64,000 bases of DNA from Mobula hypostoma. Taxonomy: Eukaryota. The notes beneath the pieces were generated by a model. That model did no database searches. It was not told where the DNA came from and saw only the letters and a program-made list of their open reading frames with translations. Below are positions 33,111-45,234 of this stretch, piece after piece. The stretch is from positions 7,998,001 to 8,062,000 of the forward strand of contig NC_086108.1 in NCBI RefSeq assembly GCF_963921235.1. The letters run 5' to 3'. The position numbers and the translations under genes are program-made. Position 1 is the first letter of the stretch, and the number at the start of each line of letters is the position of its first letter.

Positions 33111-33419
33111 AGAGTTGCAGGGGGATGGGAAGCAGAGTACCAGAACAGTTAGTGGACAGGTTCCGGATGCAGATGTTGGTAGACTTCAGACAAGGTTCGG
33201 AATCAAAAGGCTGAGCGGTGTGACTAGTGTCCTGGGCTGCGTATATTTCAACACAAGAAGTATCGTAGGAAAGGCAGATGATAGTGCTGAAGATGAGGGA
33301 GCTGGTTTACGAATGGAGGCAATGTGTAATGAGTAGAGGCTGTTGGTAGATCAAAATTGCAGTCACCAGGATGAGTTGCAACATAAAAGGTGAACAAAAT
33401 TGAAGAAGATGAATACAGG

Positions 33420-36395
33420 ACTGAAGGTGTTGTATCTGAATGCGTGCAGTATATGGAATAAGGTAGATGAACTTGCAGCACTGTTGTGGTTTTGCGGGTA
33501 TGATGTTGTAGGCATCACTGAATCATGGCTGAAAGAAGAATATAGCTAGGCGCTTAATGTCCAAGGTTACACATTGTATTGAAAGGACAGGCAGGAAGGC
33601 AGAGGGGTGGCGTTGCTCTGTTGGTAAAAAAACAAAATCAAATCATTAGAAAGAGGTGACATAAGGTTGGAATATGTTGAATCATTGCGGATAGAACTAA
33701 GCAATCACAAGGGTAAAAAGACCCTGATGGGAGTTGTATACAGATCCCCAAACAGTAGTAAGAACGTGGCCAATAAATAACAAATTACAACAGGAGATAG
33801 AAAATGCATGCCAAAAGGGCAATGTTGCAGTTGTCACGGGGGATTTCAATATGCAAGTACATTTGTAGATTGAGAAAATCAGGTTAGTGCTTGATTCCAG
33901 GAGGGGGAGTTTCTAGAGTGCCTACGAGATGGCTTTTCAGTGCAACTCGTGGTTGAGCCCACAAGAGGATCTGCTATTCTAGACTGGATGTTGTGCAATG
34001 AACCAGAATTGATTAGAGAGCTTAAGGTAAAGGAACCCTTAGGAGAAATTCCTTCTGTAATTCCCTTTACTCCACTGTAATATGATTGAATTCACCTTGA
34101 AATATGAGAAGGAGAAGCTAAAGTCAGGGGTGTAAGTATTACAGTGGAGTAAAGGGAATTACAGAGGCATAGGAGAGGAGTTGGCCAGAATTGATTGGAA
34201 AAGAACACTGGCAGGGATGACAGCAGAGCAACAATGGCTGGAATTTCTGGAAGCAATTTGGAAGGCACAGGATGTATATATCCCAAAGAGGAAGGAGGAA
34301 AGATGACACAACCGTGGCTAACAGGAGAAGTCAAAGCCAACATAAAAGCCAAAGAGAAGGCATATAATAGAGCAAAAATTTGTGAGAAGCTAAAGGATTG
34401 GGAAGGTTTTAAAAACCAACAGAAGGCAACTAAAAAAGTAATTAAGAAGGTAAAGATGGAATACGAAAGTAAGCTAGTCAATATTATTAAAGAGGATACC
34501 AAAAGTTTCTTCAGATATATAAATGGTAAAAGAGAGGTGAGAGTGGATATTGGACCACTGGAAAATGATGCTGAAGAGTTAGTAATGGGGGACAACAAAA
34601 TGGTGGATAAACTGAATAAGCATTTTGCATCATTCTCCACTGTGGAAGACACCAGCAGTTCCAGGTGTTGGGGTCATGAAGTGTGTGAGGTTACCATAAC
34701 TAGGGAGAAGTTATTGGGAAACTGAGAGGTCTGAAGGTAGATAAGTCATCTAGACCAGATGGTGGATGAACTGAATAAGTATTTTGCATCAGTCTTCACT
34801 GTACACCCCGGGGTTCTGAAAGAGTTTGCTGAAGAGATTATGGAGGCATTAGTAATGATCTTTCAAGTATCATTAGATTCTGGAATGGTTCTGGAAGACT
34901 GGAAAATTGCAAATGTCACTCCACTCTTCAAGAAGAGATTGGGGCAGAAGAAAGGGAACTATAGTCTGACCTCAGTTGAAGATGTTGGAGTTGATTATTA
35001 AGGATGAGGTCTCAGGGTTCTTGGAGGCACATGATAAAATAGGCCATCGTCAGCATGGTTTCCTCAATGGAAATCTTGCCTGACAAATCTGTTGGAATTC
35101 ATTGAAGAAATATCAAGCAGGATAGATAAAAGAGAGTCAGTTGATGTTGTGTACTTGGATTTTCAAAAGGCCTTTGACAAGGTGCAACAAGCTACTTAAC
35201 AAGCTGAGTCCATGGTATTACAGGAAAGATTCTAGCACGGATAAAGCAGTGGCTGACTGACAGGAGGCAAAGAGTGGGAATAAAGGGAGCTTTTTCTGGT
35301 TGGCTACCAGTGACTAGTGGTGTTACACAGGGGTCTAGACACATAGAAACATAGAAAATAGGTGCAGGAGTAGGCCATTTGGCCCTTCGAGCCTGCACCG
35401 CCATTCAGTATGATCATAGCTGATCATCCAACTCAGAACCCTGTACCAGCCTTCCCTCCATACCTCCTGATCCCTTTAGCCACAAGGGCCATATCTAACT
35501 CCCTCTTAAATATAGCCAATGAACTGGCCTCAACTATTTCCTGTGGCAGAGAATTCCACAGATTCACCACTCTCTGTGTGAAGAAGTTTTTCCCCATCTC
35601 AGTCCTAAAAGGCTTCCCCTTTAGCCTCAAACTGTGACCCCTCGTTCTGGACTTCCCCAACATCAAGAGCAATCTTCCTACATCTAGCCTGTCCAATCCC
35701 TTTAGAATTTTATACTTTTCAATAAGATCCCCCCTCAATCTTTTAAATTCCAGATAGTATAAGCCTAGTCGATCCAGTCTTTCATCATTTGAAAGTCCTG
35801 CCATCCCAGGAATCAATCTGGTGAACCTTCTTTGTACTCCCTCTATGGCAAGGATGTCTTTCCTCAGATTAGGGGACCAAAACTGCACACAATACTGTGT
35901 TGGGACCGATTCTTTTTACGTTATATGTCAATGATTTGGATGATGGAATTGATGGCTTTGTTGCAAAGTTTGCAGATGATATGAAGATACCTGTGGGTGG
36001 GGGGGGGCTGATAGGTAGTTTTGAGGAAGTAGAGAGGCTACAGAAGGATTAGGCGAATTAGAAGAATGGGCAAAGAAATGGCAGATGGAATACAGTGTTG
36101 GGAAGTGTACAGTCATGGACTTTGGTGAGAAAATATAAAAGACCGAGACACAAAGGGACTCGGGAGTCCTCGTGCAGGATTCCCTAAAAATTAATTTGCA
36201 GGTTGAGTCTGTGCTGAGGAAGGCAAGTGTGATGTTGGGATTCATTTCAAGAGGACTAGAATATAAAAGCAAGGATGTAATCTTGATACTTTGTGAAGCA
36301 CCAGTGAGGCCTCTCTTGGAGTATTGTGAGCAGTTTTGGGCCCCTTATCTTAGAAGGGATGTGATGAAATAGGAGAGGGCACAAAGGATGCTGAT
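33420..36395 (+). mobile_element. Degenerate CR1 LINE ORF2 (endonuclease plus RT), interrupted by another CR1
   Basis: GITESW, GDFN, QPWLTGEVK, DWKIANVTPLFKK, FADD and RPLLEYCEQFWAP in broken frames. Confidence 0.85.
35337..35896 (-). mobile_element. CR1 3' fragment nested in the host CR1
   Basis: ORF 35433-35888; (CATAGAAA)n tail at 35342-35358; it splits the host GGGTCT|GTGTTGGGACC. Confidence 0.85.
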
Positions 36396-36899
36396 GAAGT
36401 GTTGTATAGAACATGCAAACCCAAACGTAGGACACTGGCACAGCGATAGAGTTAGGATGCAGACAAGGGCGTGAGCGTGACAGGAGCTGAACTGGCAAAC
36501 AGGAGGGTGAACGGAAAATCAGGAGGCAGGCAAAACTTTCCTTGACACAGGGCGTTGCCGGAGCTGAACAGCAAACAGGAGACAGGCGGCAGGCAACAGT
36601 TATCTTGACACGGAGCGGCAAATGGAAAGGCAAATGGCAGGCAATACTTATGGTCTTATCCAAAACCCCAGCCATCACTCAGCCTACACCTCAAGCACAC
36701 CTGTCCTGCACCCTAACACCTATGCCTTATAGCCAAACCACACCTTGTCCTACAACCAGTAGCAAGTGGAAGGAAATGTTTGCTTAATAGTTTCAACATG
36801 CCCATGAACAACCAGACAGTTTCCCAGCCCCCTGAGCTGCAGACAGTGGTTTCTGACAATGGATGTTGTTTTCGGGACGTGGATGGTGCTATCAGGTTG

Positions 36900-38556
36900 T
36901 GGATAGTGTTTCAGGCTGTGGACGGTGGCTTCGGGCTGCGGTCAGTGGGTTCGGACTGTAGACACTGATTTCAGGGTATGGACAGTGGTTTTGGTTTGTG
37001 GACGGTGGTTTTGGTTTGTGGACGGTGGTTTCAGGCTGTGGACAGTGGTTTTGGTTTGTGGATGGTGATTTTGGTTTGTGGACGTTGGTTTCGGGCTGTG
37101 AAAGATGGTTTTGGGAGGTGGACGCTGGTTTCGGGAGGTGGACGCTGGTTTCGGGCTGTGGACGCTGGTTTCGGGCTGTGGACAGTGGTTTTGGTTTGTG
37201 GATGGTGATTTTGGTTTGTGGACGCTGGTTTCGGGCTGTGAAAGATGGTTTCGGGAGGTGGACGCTGGTTTCGGGAGGTGGACGCTGGTTTCGGGTTGTG
37301 GACGCTGGTTTCGGGCTGTGGACGGTGGTTTTGGGCTGTGGACGCTGGTTTTGGTTTGTGGACACTGGTTTCGGCCTGTGGACGGTGGTTTTTGGCTGTG
37401 AAAGATGGTTTCGGCCTGTGGACGGTGATTTTGGGCTGTGAAAGATGGTTTCGGCCTGGGACGGTGGTTTTGGGTTGTGAAAGATGGTTTCAGGCTGTGG
37501 ACGGTGGTTTTGGGCTGTGAAAGATGGTTTCAGGCTGTGGATGGTGATTTTGGGCTGTGAAAGATGGTTTTGGGCTGTGGACGGTGGTTTTGGGCTGTGG
37601 ACGGTGGTTTCGGGCTGTGGACGGTGGTTTTGGTTTGTGGACGCTGGTTTCAGCCTGTGGACGGTGGTTTTGGGCTGTGAAAGATGGTGTCGGCCTGTGG
37701 ACGATGGTTTTGGGCTGTGAAAGATGGTTTTGGGCTGTGGACAGTGGTTTTGGTTTGTGGACGCTGGTTTCGGCCTGTGGACAGTGGTTTTCGGCTGTGA
37801 AAGATGGTTTCAGGCTGTGGACGGTGATTTTGGGCTGTGAAAGATGGTTTCGGGCTGTGGACAGTGGTCTTGGTTTGTGGATGGTGGTTTTGGGCTGTGA
37901 AAGATGGTTTCGGGCTGTGGACGGTGGTTTTGGTTTGTGGACGCTGGTTTCGGCCTGTGGACGGTGGTTTTGGGCTATGAAAGATGGTTTCAGGCTGTGG
38001 ACGCTGGTTTTGGTTTGTGGATGGTGGTTTTGGGCTGTGAAAGATGGTTTCGGGCTGTGGACGGTGGTTTTGGTTTGTGGACGCTGGTTTCAGCCTGTGG
38101 ATGGTGGTTTTGGGCTGTGAAAGATGGTTTCAGGCTGTGGACGGTGGTTTTGGTTTGTGGACGCTGGTTTCGGCCTGTGGACGGTGGTTTTGGGCTGTGA
38201 AAAATGGTTTCAGGCTGTGGACGCTGGTTTCGGCCTGTGGACGGTGGTTTTGGTTTGTGGATGGTGGTTTTGGGCTGTGAAAGATGGTTTCGGGCTGTGG
38301 ACGGTGGTTTTGGTTTGTGGACGCTGGTTTCGGCCTGTGGACGGTGGTTTTGGGCTGTGAAAAATGGTTTCAGGCTGTGGACGCTGGTTTCGGCCTGTGG
38401 ACAGTGGTTTTGGTTTGTGGATGGTGGTTTTGGGCTGTGAAAGATGGTTTTGGGCTGTGGACGGTGGTTTTGGTTTGTGGACGCTGGTTTCGGCCTGTTG
38501 ACGGTGGTTTTGGGCTGTGAAAGATGGTTTCAGGCTGTGGATGGTGGTTTTGGGCC
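36900..38556 (+). repeat. 20-bp minisatellite (TCGGGCTGTGGACGGTGGTT variants), about 80 copies, with higher-order structure
   Basis: Visible array; near-identical ORFs recur at 160-bp spacing (38124/38284). Confidence 0.95.
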
Positions 38557-38607
38557 GCAGACAATGCTTTTCGACAGCTAAGTCAGGTCACTGCAGGCCG
38601 CACTCAC

Positions 38608-38715
38608 CGGAGTCCATGTGACTGTAGCTCCTTGCTCATCCTCAGCTGCTGCAGGTCTTCGATATCGCGGAAGAGGAAGAAGACGTCCTTACACTCGGGG
38701 TGAGTCTCAAACAGC
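38608..38715 (-). CDS. xgb: Globin X internal exon (exon 2, helices B-E, 108 bp)
   Basis: Acceptor ccctcttgcag|G and donor CG|gtgagt. Encodes (R)LFETHPECKDVFFLFRDIEDLQQLRMSKELQSHGL(R) with Phe CD1 and distal His E7. Phase 2/2 fits introns B12.2 and E10.2, and it joins 13276 in frame (CG+G = Arg). Confidence 0.95.
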
Positions 38716-38945
38716 CTGCAAGAGGGTAGTGAAGTTTAGAATTCTTGCCACACTTAGCCCCAAGCGCCACACGCTGCACAGATGCAGAGATACCCTTGGC
38801 AGTGCCCTGCAGCTGGGAGAGCTGTGATTTCCTCCCAGACTCCCCCTGTATTGCAGAAAATGTCCCATGAATATGAACATCCTAAGGTCAACCAGTCTGG
38901 TGCAGACCCAAAGTACATTTATTATTGAAATATGTATGCTATATA

Positions 38946-40552
38946 CAGGTTTCCCCCGCCATCCGAAGGTAGAGCGTTCCTATGAAACGGTTTGTAAGCC
39001 GAAATGTCGTAAAGCAAAGAAGCGATTACCATTTATTTATATGGGAAAATTTTGTGAGCATTCGCAGACCCAAAAATAACCTTCCAAATCACGCCAAGTA
39101 ACACATAAAACCTAAAATAATAGTAACATATAGTAAAAGCAGGTATGATATGATAAATACATAGCCTATATAAAGTGAAAATACTTTTCCACAATCATTA
39201 CTGAACTGTTCTCCGTAGCGAAAATCTCACGCAAGCGCCATTGGCAGAAAATCTCACGCAAGCGCTGTTGGCAAAAACATGGCGCAAGCACTCTCCAGTG
39301 ACTTTAAGCTATGAAGCTGCCAAATCATACCAGATAACACGTAAAAATACACAGCCTATATAAAGTAGAAATAATGTATGTACAGTGTAGTATCACTTAC
39401 GGGAATCGGGAAGTCAGCGCAGAGTACACTGATGATGGTGTGTTAGGCTGAGTCGTCACAGGTTGGGATGGTGCAGTGGCCCCCACCCTCCAGGCCACCG
39501 AGCGATACATTGCTGCGAAGCATGCAGAAATGCAGCGGTAGCCGGGAAGCATCCAGCACATCTTTGAGAAAAAAGCCAAAATAAACATGCTAATTAATTA
39601 GGTGCTGTCCGACACGTAATTGTCGGCCCAGATCAGTGTCGATTTCCAATTGCGTCGCCTCTGATCTGGGTGTCGGCGGCACCTAATTAATTAGCATGTT
39701 TATTTCGGTTTTTTTCTTAAAGATGTGCTGCGTGCCTCCCGGCTACCGTTGCATTCTCCGCGAATCGGTACAGTATCTGTCTATGGCCTGGGGCTTGGGG
39801 TGGTGGGACACTGGTGTGTCATCTCATCATCATCTGTTTCCATTAGAGCAGGCGGCTCATCTTCTATCTCTGCCCGCCTCGATGTTGAAGGTCGAGGTTC
39901 GTCGTCTGCTGTGGTTGACGTGGAAGGCTTGCTTGACTGCTGAGCCTCACGCATTTTTCTATCACACAGTTCTTTGTAAGGACTCAAACCATCTTGCAAA
40001 TATCTCCTAAACCTACGTACCCTTTCAAAATTAAAGTCGTACTTTATTATTACTCATTCGGTTTCGATTGTTATCCTTTTTTCTTCCAATTGCATCAGCT
40101 CTTCATCTGTCAGTTCTTGACCATGAGATGCCAAAACCTCTTCAACATCATGTTCGTCAACTTCCACAAGCCAAACTCACTTTGTCCTTACTTCGTTCAC
40201 CACGATCAAAACACTTAATTATGTCTAGTTTTACGCTAAGTGTAACACCCTTACGAGCTCTTTCAGGCTTTTCCGATACCTTAGAACTCATCTTGCAAAC
40301 GGCTGCTCACAGGCACGTGTTTAAACAATGCCAGCGAGAATGCAGCTCCGAATCTGGGGAGAGCGCCTGCTTGGGGTGCGCGCTGCCTTTTATCACGCAC
40401 TGATTTTTTCACGCGCTGAATCTTTTATTGCGCGCTGCTTTTTTTTCGTAACAGTGAAAACATCTTCTGAAAGCGAAAACAGGGTACTAATGTAGGTCTT
40501 TCGTAACAGTGAGGTTTTGTAAAGGGAACGTTCGAAAAGCGGGGGACACCTG
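38946..40552 (-). mobile_element. Non-autonomous Tigger/pogo-like (TcMar) DNA transposon
   Basis: TA flanks at 38944-38945 and 40553-40554; imperfect TIRs CAGGTTTCCCCCGC / GCGGGGGACACCTG. The minus strand from 40291 reads MSSKVSEKPERARKGVTLSVKLDIIKCFDRGE (CENP-B-type HTH start), joined by deletion to an acidic C-terminal remnant. Confidence 0.82.
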
Positions 40553-41334
40553 TACAACCTTGAGATTTGTCTCCTTACGGCCTGCCACGAAACAAAGAAA
40601 CACCAAAGAACCCATCAAACAAAAGACCATCAATCACCTACTATGCAGAGAAAAAACAAGTTGCATAAACAATTAAAGTGAGCAAATAACATTTGGAACT
40701 GAAGCTCACAGAAGTGATTCCACGGCCACGATTACTGCTGCTGATTCAGGATCCCATCATTTGCAGGCCACATCCTCAGTTCAGTTCAGAGACAAGTAAA
40801 TCTCGCCAAGCAGTGAGTTGATCCGGCCTGTCCCTCACCTCTGGCCCCGATACCCTGACCTTTTCAATCTGACCAATGCTTAAATTGTCCAAGCTTCTGG
40901 TTGATCCTTGCTTTCAGACCCAGGCACTGCCGCGTCGACAGGCTGTCAGGCCCAGACCCGCCACCTCAAGTAGGCCCATGTCGCACCTTTCCAATTTGGC
41001 TCAATGCTTAAATCGATGAAACCTCAGGTCCTTCCTCACCCTTGGGCTCAGGCCCCACTGTTGCCACCTAGTCATCTCACCTCAGCCCTGCTGCATCAAA
41101 TCGCTTCCAAGTCCACTCCAGCAGTGTCCGAACATTGGCTTATTTTCCACTCACGGACAAAATTGCTTACGTTTGCAAAGCAATGCAGTCAAAAGCTTGC
41201 TCGTCTCTCAACTCTGATTTAAGTTGGTGTTGGTGAAACCCAGCGACTGCTTATTGGCAGCAAGTAAAACAAAGTCTACAACTGAATATTTTATTAATGA
41301 CACTTTTTCTGGTAAATGATCACCGCAAACAATG

Positions 41335-41700
41335 GAGAGGTGAGTGCAGGCAAGGCAGAGTAGAGGGTCAAAGTGAGTGATTGCGAGGTGATCGGAGGCA
41401 AGGCAGAGTTGAGGGTCGAAGTGAGTGAGTGCGAGGCAAGGCAGAGTTGAGGGTCGAAGTGAGCGAGTGCGAGGCGAGGCAGAATTGAGGGTCGAAGTGA
41501 GCGAGAGTGAGGCGAGGCAGAGTTGAGGGTCGAAGTGAGCGAGTGCGAGGTGAGGCAGAGTTGAGGGTCGAAGTGAGCGAGTGCGAGGTGATCGGAGGCA
41601 AGGCAGAGTTGAGGGTCGAAGTGAGCGAGTGCGAGGCGAGGCAGAATTGAGGGTCGAAGTGGGCAAGTGCGAGGCGAGCGGAGGCGAGGCAGAGTTGAGG
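41335..41700 (+). repeat. 38-bp (occasionally 48-bp) tandem repeat GAGGCAGAGTTGAGGGTCGAAGTGAGCGAGTGCGAGGC, about 9 copies
   Basis: Visible array. Confidence 0.9.
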
Positions 41701-42099
41701 TCCGTCCACCAAAACCAGAGAGTAAGGAAGGACCCATGGTTTGATCACTCTAAATGTAGGACTGACTTTGAAAGTTCGGATACAGACCAAAACCTCTGTC
41801 GGGCCCAGAGCATATCAAACCCACAGGACCCGGGTCATAGAGCGAGGAACAACCCGATGTTTGGACGATTTAAATGCCAGGCCAGATTGAAAAGGCAGGG
41901 GGTCAGCATCAGGACTGGGCCAGTTCTGCTTGCTGCTCCATGATGTTCCCTCAGTTCTGCACTTTGGCTTTCTGGGTGTTTGAGCTCTTTTTTATTGGGT
42001 TCTTTTGGGTTTCTTTGTGGCTGCCTGTAAGGGGATGAATCTCAAGGTTGTATAATGTATACATACTTTGATAATAAATGTTCTTCTGAATTTTGAACT

Positions 42100-43130
42100 C
42101 ATCGTCAGGAAATCTATTATCCAAGTGATTACACACACGTTGAGTAAATCAAATAATGTACACAGTATGACATCAGAACTTACAGATGCAAGCAGATCTT
42201 TCATTTTTTCTTTCCAATAAAGGGTATCACCAGGATATTGTGACTGGAACTTGTTCATTTTTGCTTATGCATACCGTAGTACTTCAATTGTATTCAAACA
42301 GCTTTTCTGATGAAATTTACAAAGAGATGCCAGATCTCTACAGCAGCTTTAAGGATCGTTAATGCATTCAATATTGTGGATTGGTCAAAATCTTCAGGCA
42401 TTGGCTGCTGATTGGATTGTTACATTCATTAACTTGCTCTTTGCAATACTGGATCAAAACTTCGTAATTCCTCATTGAAGCAAAATGTCTTGACAGCCAT
42501 TTTTCTTCATTGAGTGGTCTGAATGACACAACATCATATTCTGTGACATTATTCAAGTTCAAGTTTAATTGTCATTCAACCATACATGAATACCCATGAA
42601 TGCAGTCAAATGTTACTCCAGGGCCAAGTTGCAAAACACAGTACCGACAGTCACACGCAGCACAAAGCCCACATAGCACATACAAAATAGAAAGCACATG
42701 GAAGATATCAGTAAAGTAGAGTCACGCAAATAAAAACAGTCCAGACCCTGAGTCCATGAATGCCACAGAAATCTGCAGTAGACTCCAAAACAGCTTGCCT
42801 TCTGCCAGGTGAACACTGGGGGCAGCACTGACTCGAGCCTGGATGCCATGCCACACTGTCCCCAGTGGACATCACTGGCTCCAATGCCTCTAAACAGGTG
42901 ACAGTGTGGCTTACAGCCCTGAGTCCATTAATGTCACTGAAACCTGCAGTCCACCACAATACAGCTTGTCTTCTGCCAAGCTCATACTGGGAGGGCAAGA
43001 CTAACGCCGGCCTGGACAGCATGTAAAACTGCCCCCGGTGGAGCACACTGGCTTTGACGCCTCTCAGGCTTTCTTGTAGCTGTCCTTTTTTAATGGATGA
43101 CCTGCTGAACATTGTATACACTGTTCATAG
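42100..43130 (-). pseudogene. Possible hAT-family transposase remnant interrupted by other repeats
   Basis: Pieces YTMFSRSSIKKGQLQE, SFRPLNEEKWLSRHF..MRNYEVLIQY (RWLS-like motif) and NHLDNRFP are collinear on the minus strand. Confidence 0.5.
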
Positions 43131-43290
43131 CACTGTTTCTATATCCTAATTTCAAAATTATTGTTAGCGTTATATAAAGGAAAATTCCAACTGTGTGGCA
43201 ACAAAGGCTCTGTGCATGGAAGCATTTCAGTTACTATGTGGCCACACCCATGCAGCTTAGTGGGAACACTGCTTAGAGCTCTACACAAAA

Positions 43291-43304
43291 ATACACACAA
43301 ACAC

Positions 43305-43343
<39 letters not shown>

Positions 43344-43352
43344 TCACACACA

Positions 43353-43391
<39 letters not shown>

Positions 43392-43481
43392 TCACACACA
43401 CACACACACACACTCACTCACACACAGACACACACACACACACTCACTCACACACAGACACACACACACACACACACACAC
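43291..43481 (+). repeat. (CA)n compound microsatellite
   Basis: Directly visible. Confidence 0.98.
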
Positions 43482-43482
43482 C

Positions 43483-44002
43483 AATGCTAAGGATGTTCTA
43501 CGAGTCTGTGGTGGCCAGTGCTATCATGTTTGCTGTTGTGTGCTGGGGCAGCAGGCTGAGGGTAGCAGACACCAACAGAATCAACAAACTCATCCGTAAG
43601 GCCAGTGATGTTGTGGGGATGGAACTGGACTCTCTGACAGTGGTGTCTGAAAAGAGGATGCTAAGTTGCATGCCATCTTGGACAAGGTCTCCCATCCACT
43701 ACATAATGTACTGGGTGGGCACAGGAGTACATTCAGCCAGAGACTCATTCCACCGAGATGCAGCACAGAGCGTCATAGGAAGTTATTCCTGCCTGTGGCC
43801 ATCAAACTTTACAACTCCTCCCTTGGAGGGTCAGACATCCTGAGCCAATAGGCTGGTCCTGGACTTATTTCATAATTTACTGGCATAATTTACATATTAC
43901 TATTTAACTATTTATGGTTCTATTACTGTTTATTATTTATGGAGCAACTGTAACGAAAACCAATTTCCCCCAGGATTAATAAAGTATGACTATGACTATG
44001 AC
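43483..44002 (+). mobile_element. Rex1/Babar-type LINE 3' fragment
   Basis: MFYESVVASAIMFAVVCWG...HPLH...RHRKLFLPVAIKLYN; AATAAA then a (TATGAC)3 tail. Confidence 0.8.
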
Positions 44003-45234
44003 ACACCCACTCACACTCACATGTATTTACTTTTATATATTCAATTTTGTGGTGAATGATACCTCTAATAATAAATCGCAAAATAGCAAACCAAGTGGGG
44101 CCACAAAACAAGGGAGAACAGACATTAAACACCGCAGCTTCTACAGGCACTGGCAATGACCTGGAGGCTCGTTACGTAAGACGCTTGCCAATGCAGAGAG
44201 CCAGAGTAATGCTTTTGAGGCTGGTAGGCATCTCCTGGGTAGACAGTTTGTCTTTCCAGCACTCTGATGGCAATGGGCCTGCAGCGCTTACACATTCCAG
44301 CTGCACTCCAATGTGAGGTATTGAATTCCGCGGTGCAACCCTTGGTGGGATGCCGGAGCGTAAGCCTTGGCATTGGGCGAAGCATCAGATCTGCGTCCAT
44401 GGACGGTTGAAAACGCGGCGTGTCTCAGTGGTGGAATCCATCTATCTGTTGCAAGAGGTGGCTTTATTGTCCCAGTTAGCAGCGGCCAAGGTCAGGGCTC
44501 GCCCAGTCAAGGGAGAAGTGAGGAAAGTTCATAGAATACAGAGACAGCAGGAGCTGGAAGTGAAAGACGCACTGGGATGGGAAGCTGTGGCGTCGGCTTG
44601 GAGATGCGTCGAGGCGCTCGGGCGCTGGAATCTGGTGCTCTGAAGGAGGAAGCTGACTGGTGTGGAGTCACTGCACAGAGACTGGCGCGGAGAGTCGGTT
44701 AAGAGTGGCGGACAGAAGGTCAGTGGTTTTCTGCTGCCTCTGGATGGTGCGCTTGTGTCAGCGGAAGACTTCCTTGAGGTAAGCACCCTCTGCTGGGTCA
44801 ATTATCGGTTCCCTCAACCTTTCAGGAAATGTAAAGGAGGCTTGTCCAAAAAACAGAGCTGTGGACGTGATTCAGCAGTGAATGATAACTTTGATAATAG
44901 ATCACAAAATAACAAACCACGATGCTACAAAACACGAGAGGACACAACAGTAAGCTTTAGGCAGTAGGTTCTCTGTTTTTTTCATATATACTTATTGTAA
45001 TTTACAGTTTTTATTATTATGGATACACTGTACTGCAGCCGCATAACAACAAATTTCGTGACGTTTGCCAGGGATATTAAACCTGATTCTGAGCAGCATG
45101 TTCAGGTTGGCTGGCTCGATGAGTGAACAAGGGCTGTGGATGAAAACCAGGGTTAGATAGGCTGCAGGTGATGAATCTGGAATGAGAAACAGGTGAATCG
45201 TATTGACTGGGAGGTGCCAACGGGGGCAGCCCTG

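Noticed and set aside
36892..38564. G/W/V-rich membrane-like ORFs
   Set aside because: They are artefacts of the 20-bp minisatellite.
44125..44967. Candidate GbX exon 1
   Set aside because: No MGC start and no A/B-helix sequence ending GIIMFV(R) in the minus-strand frames examined.
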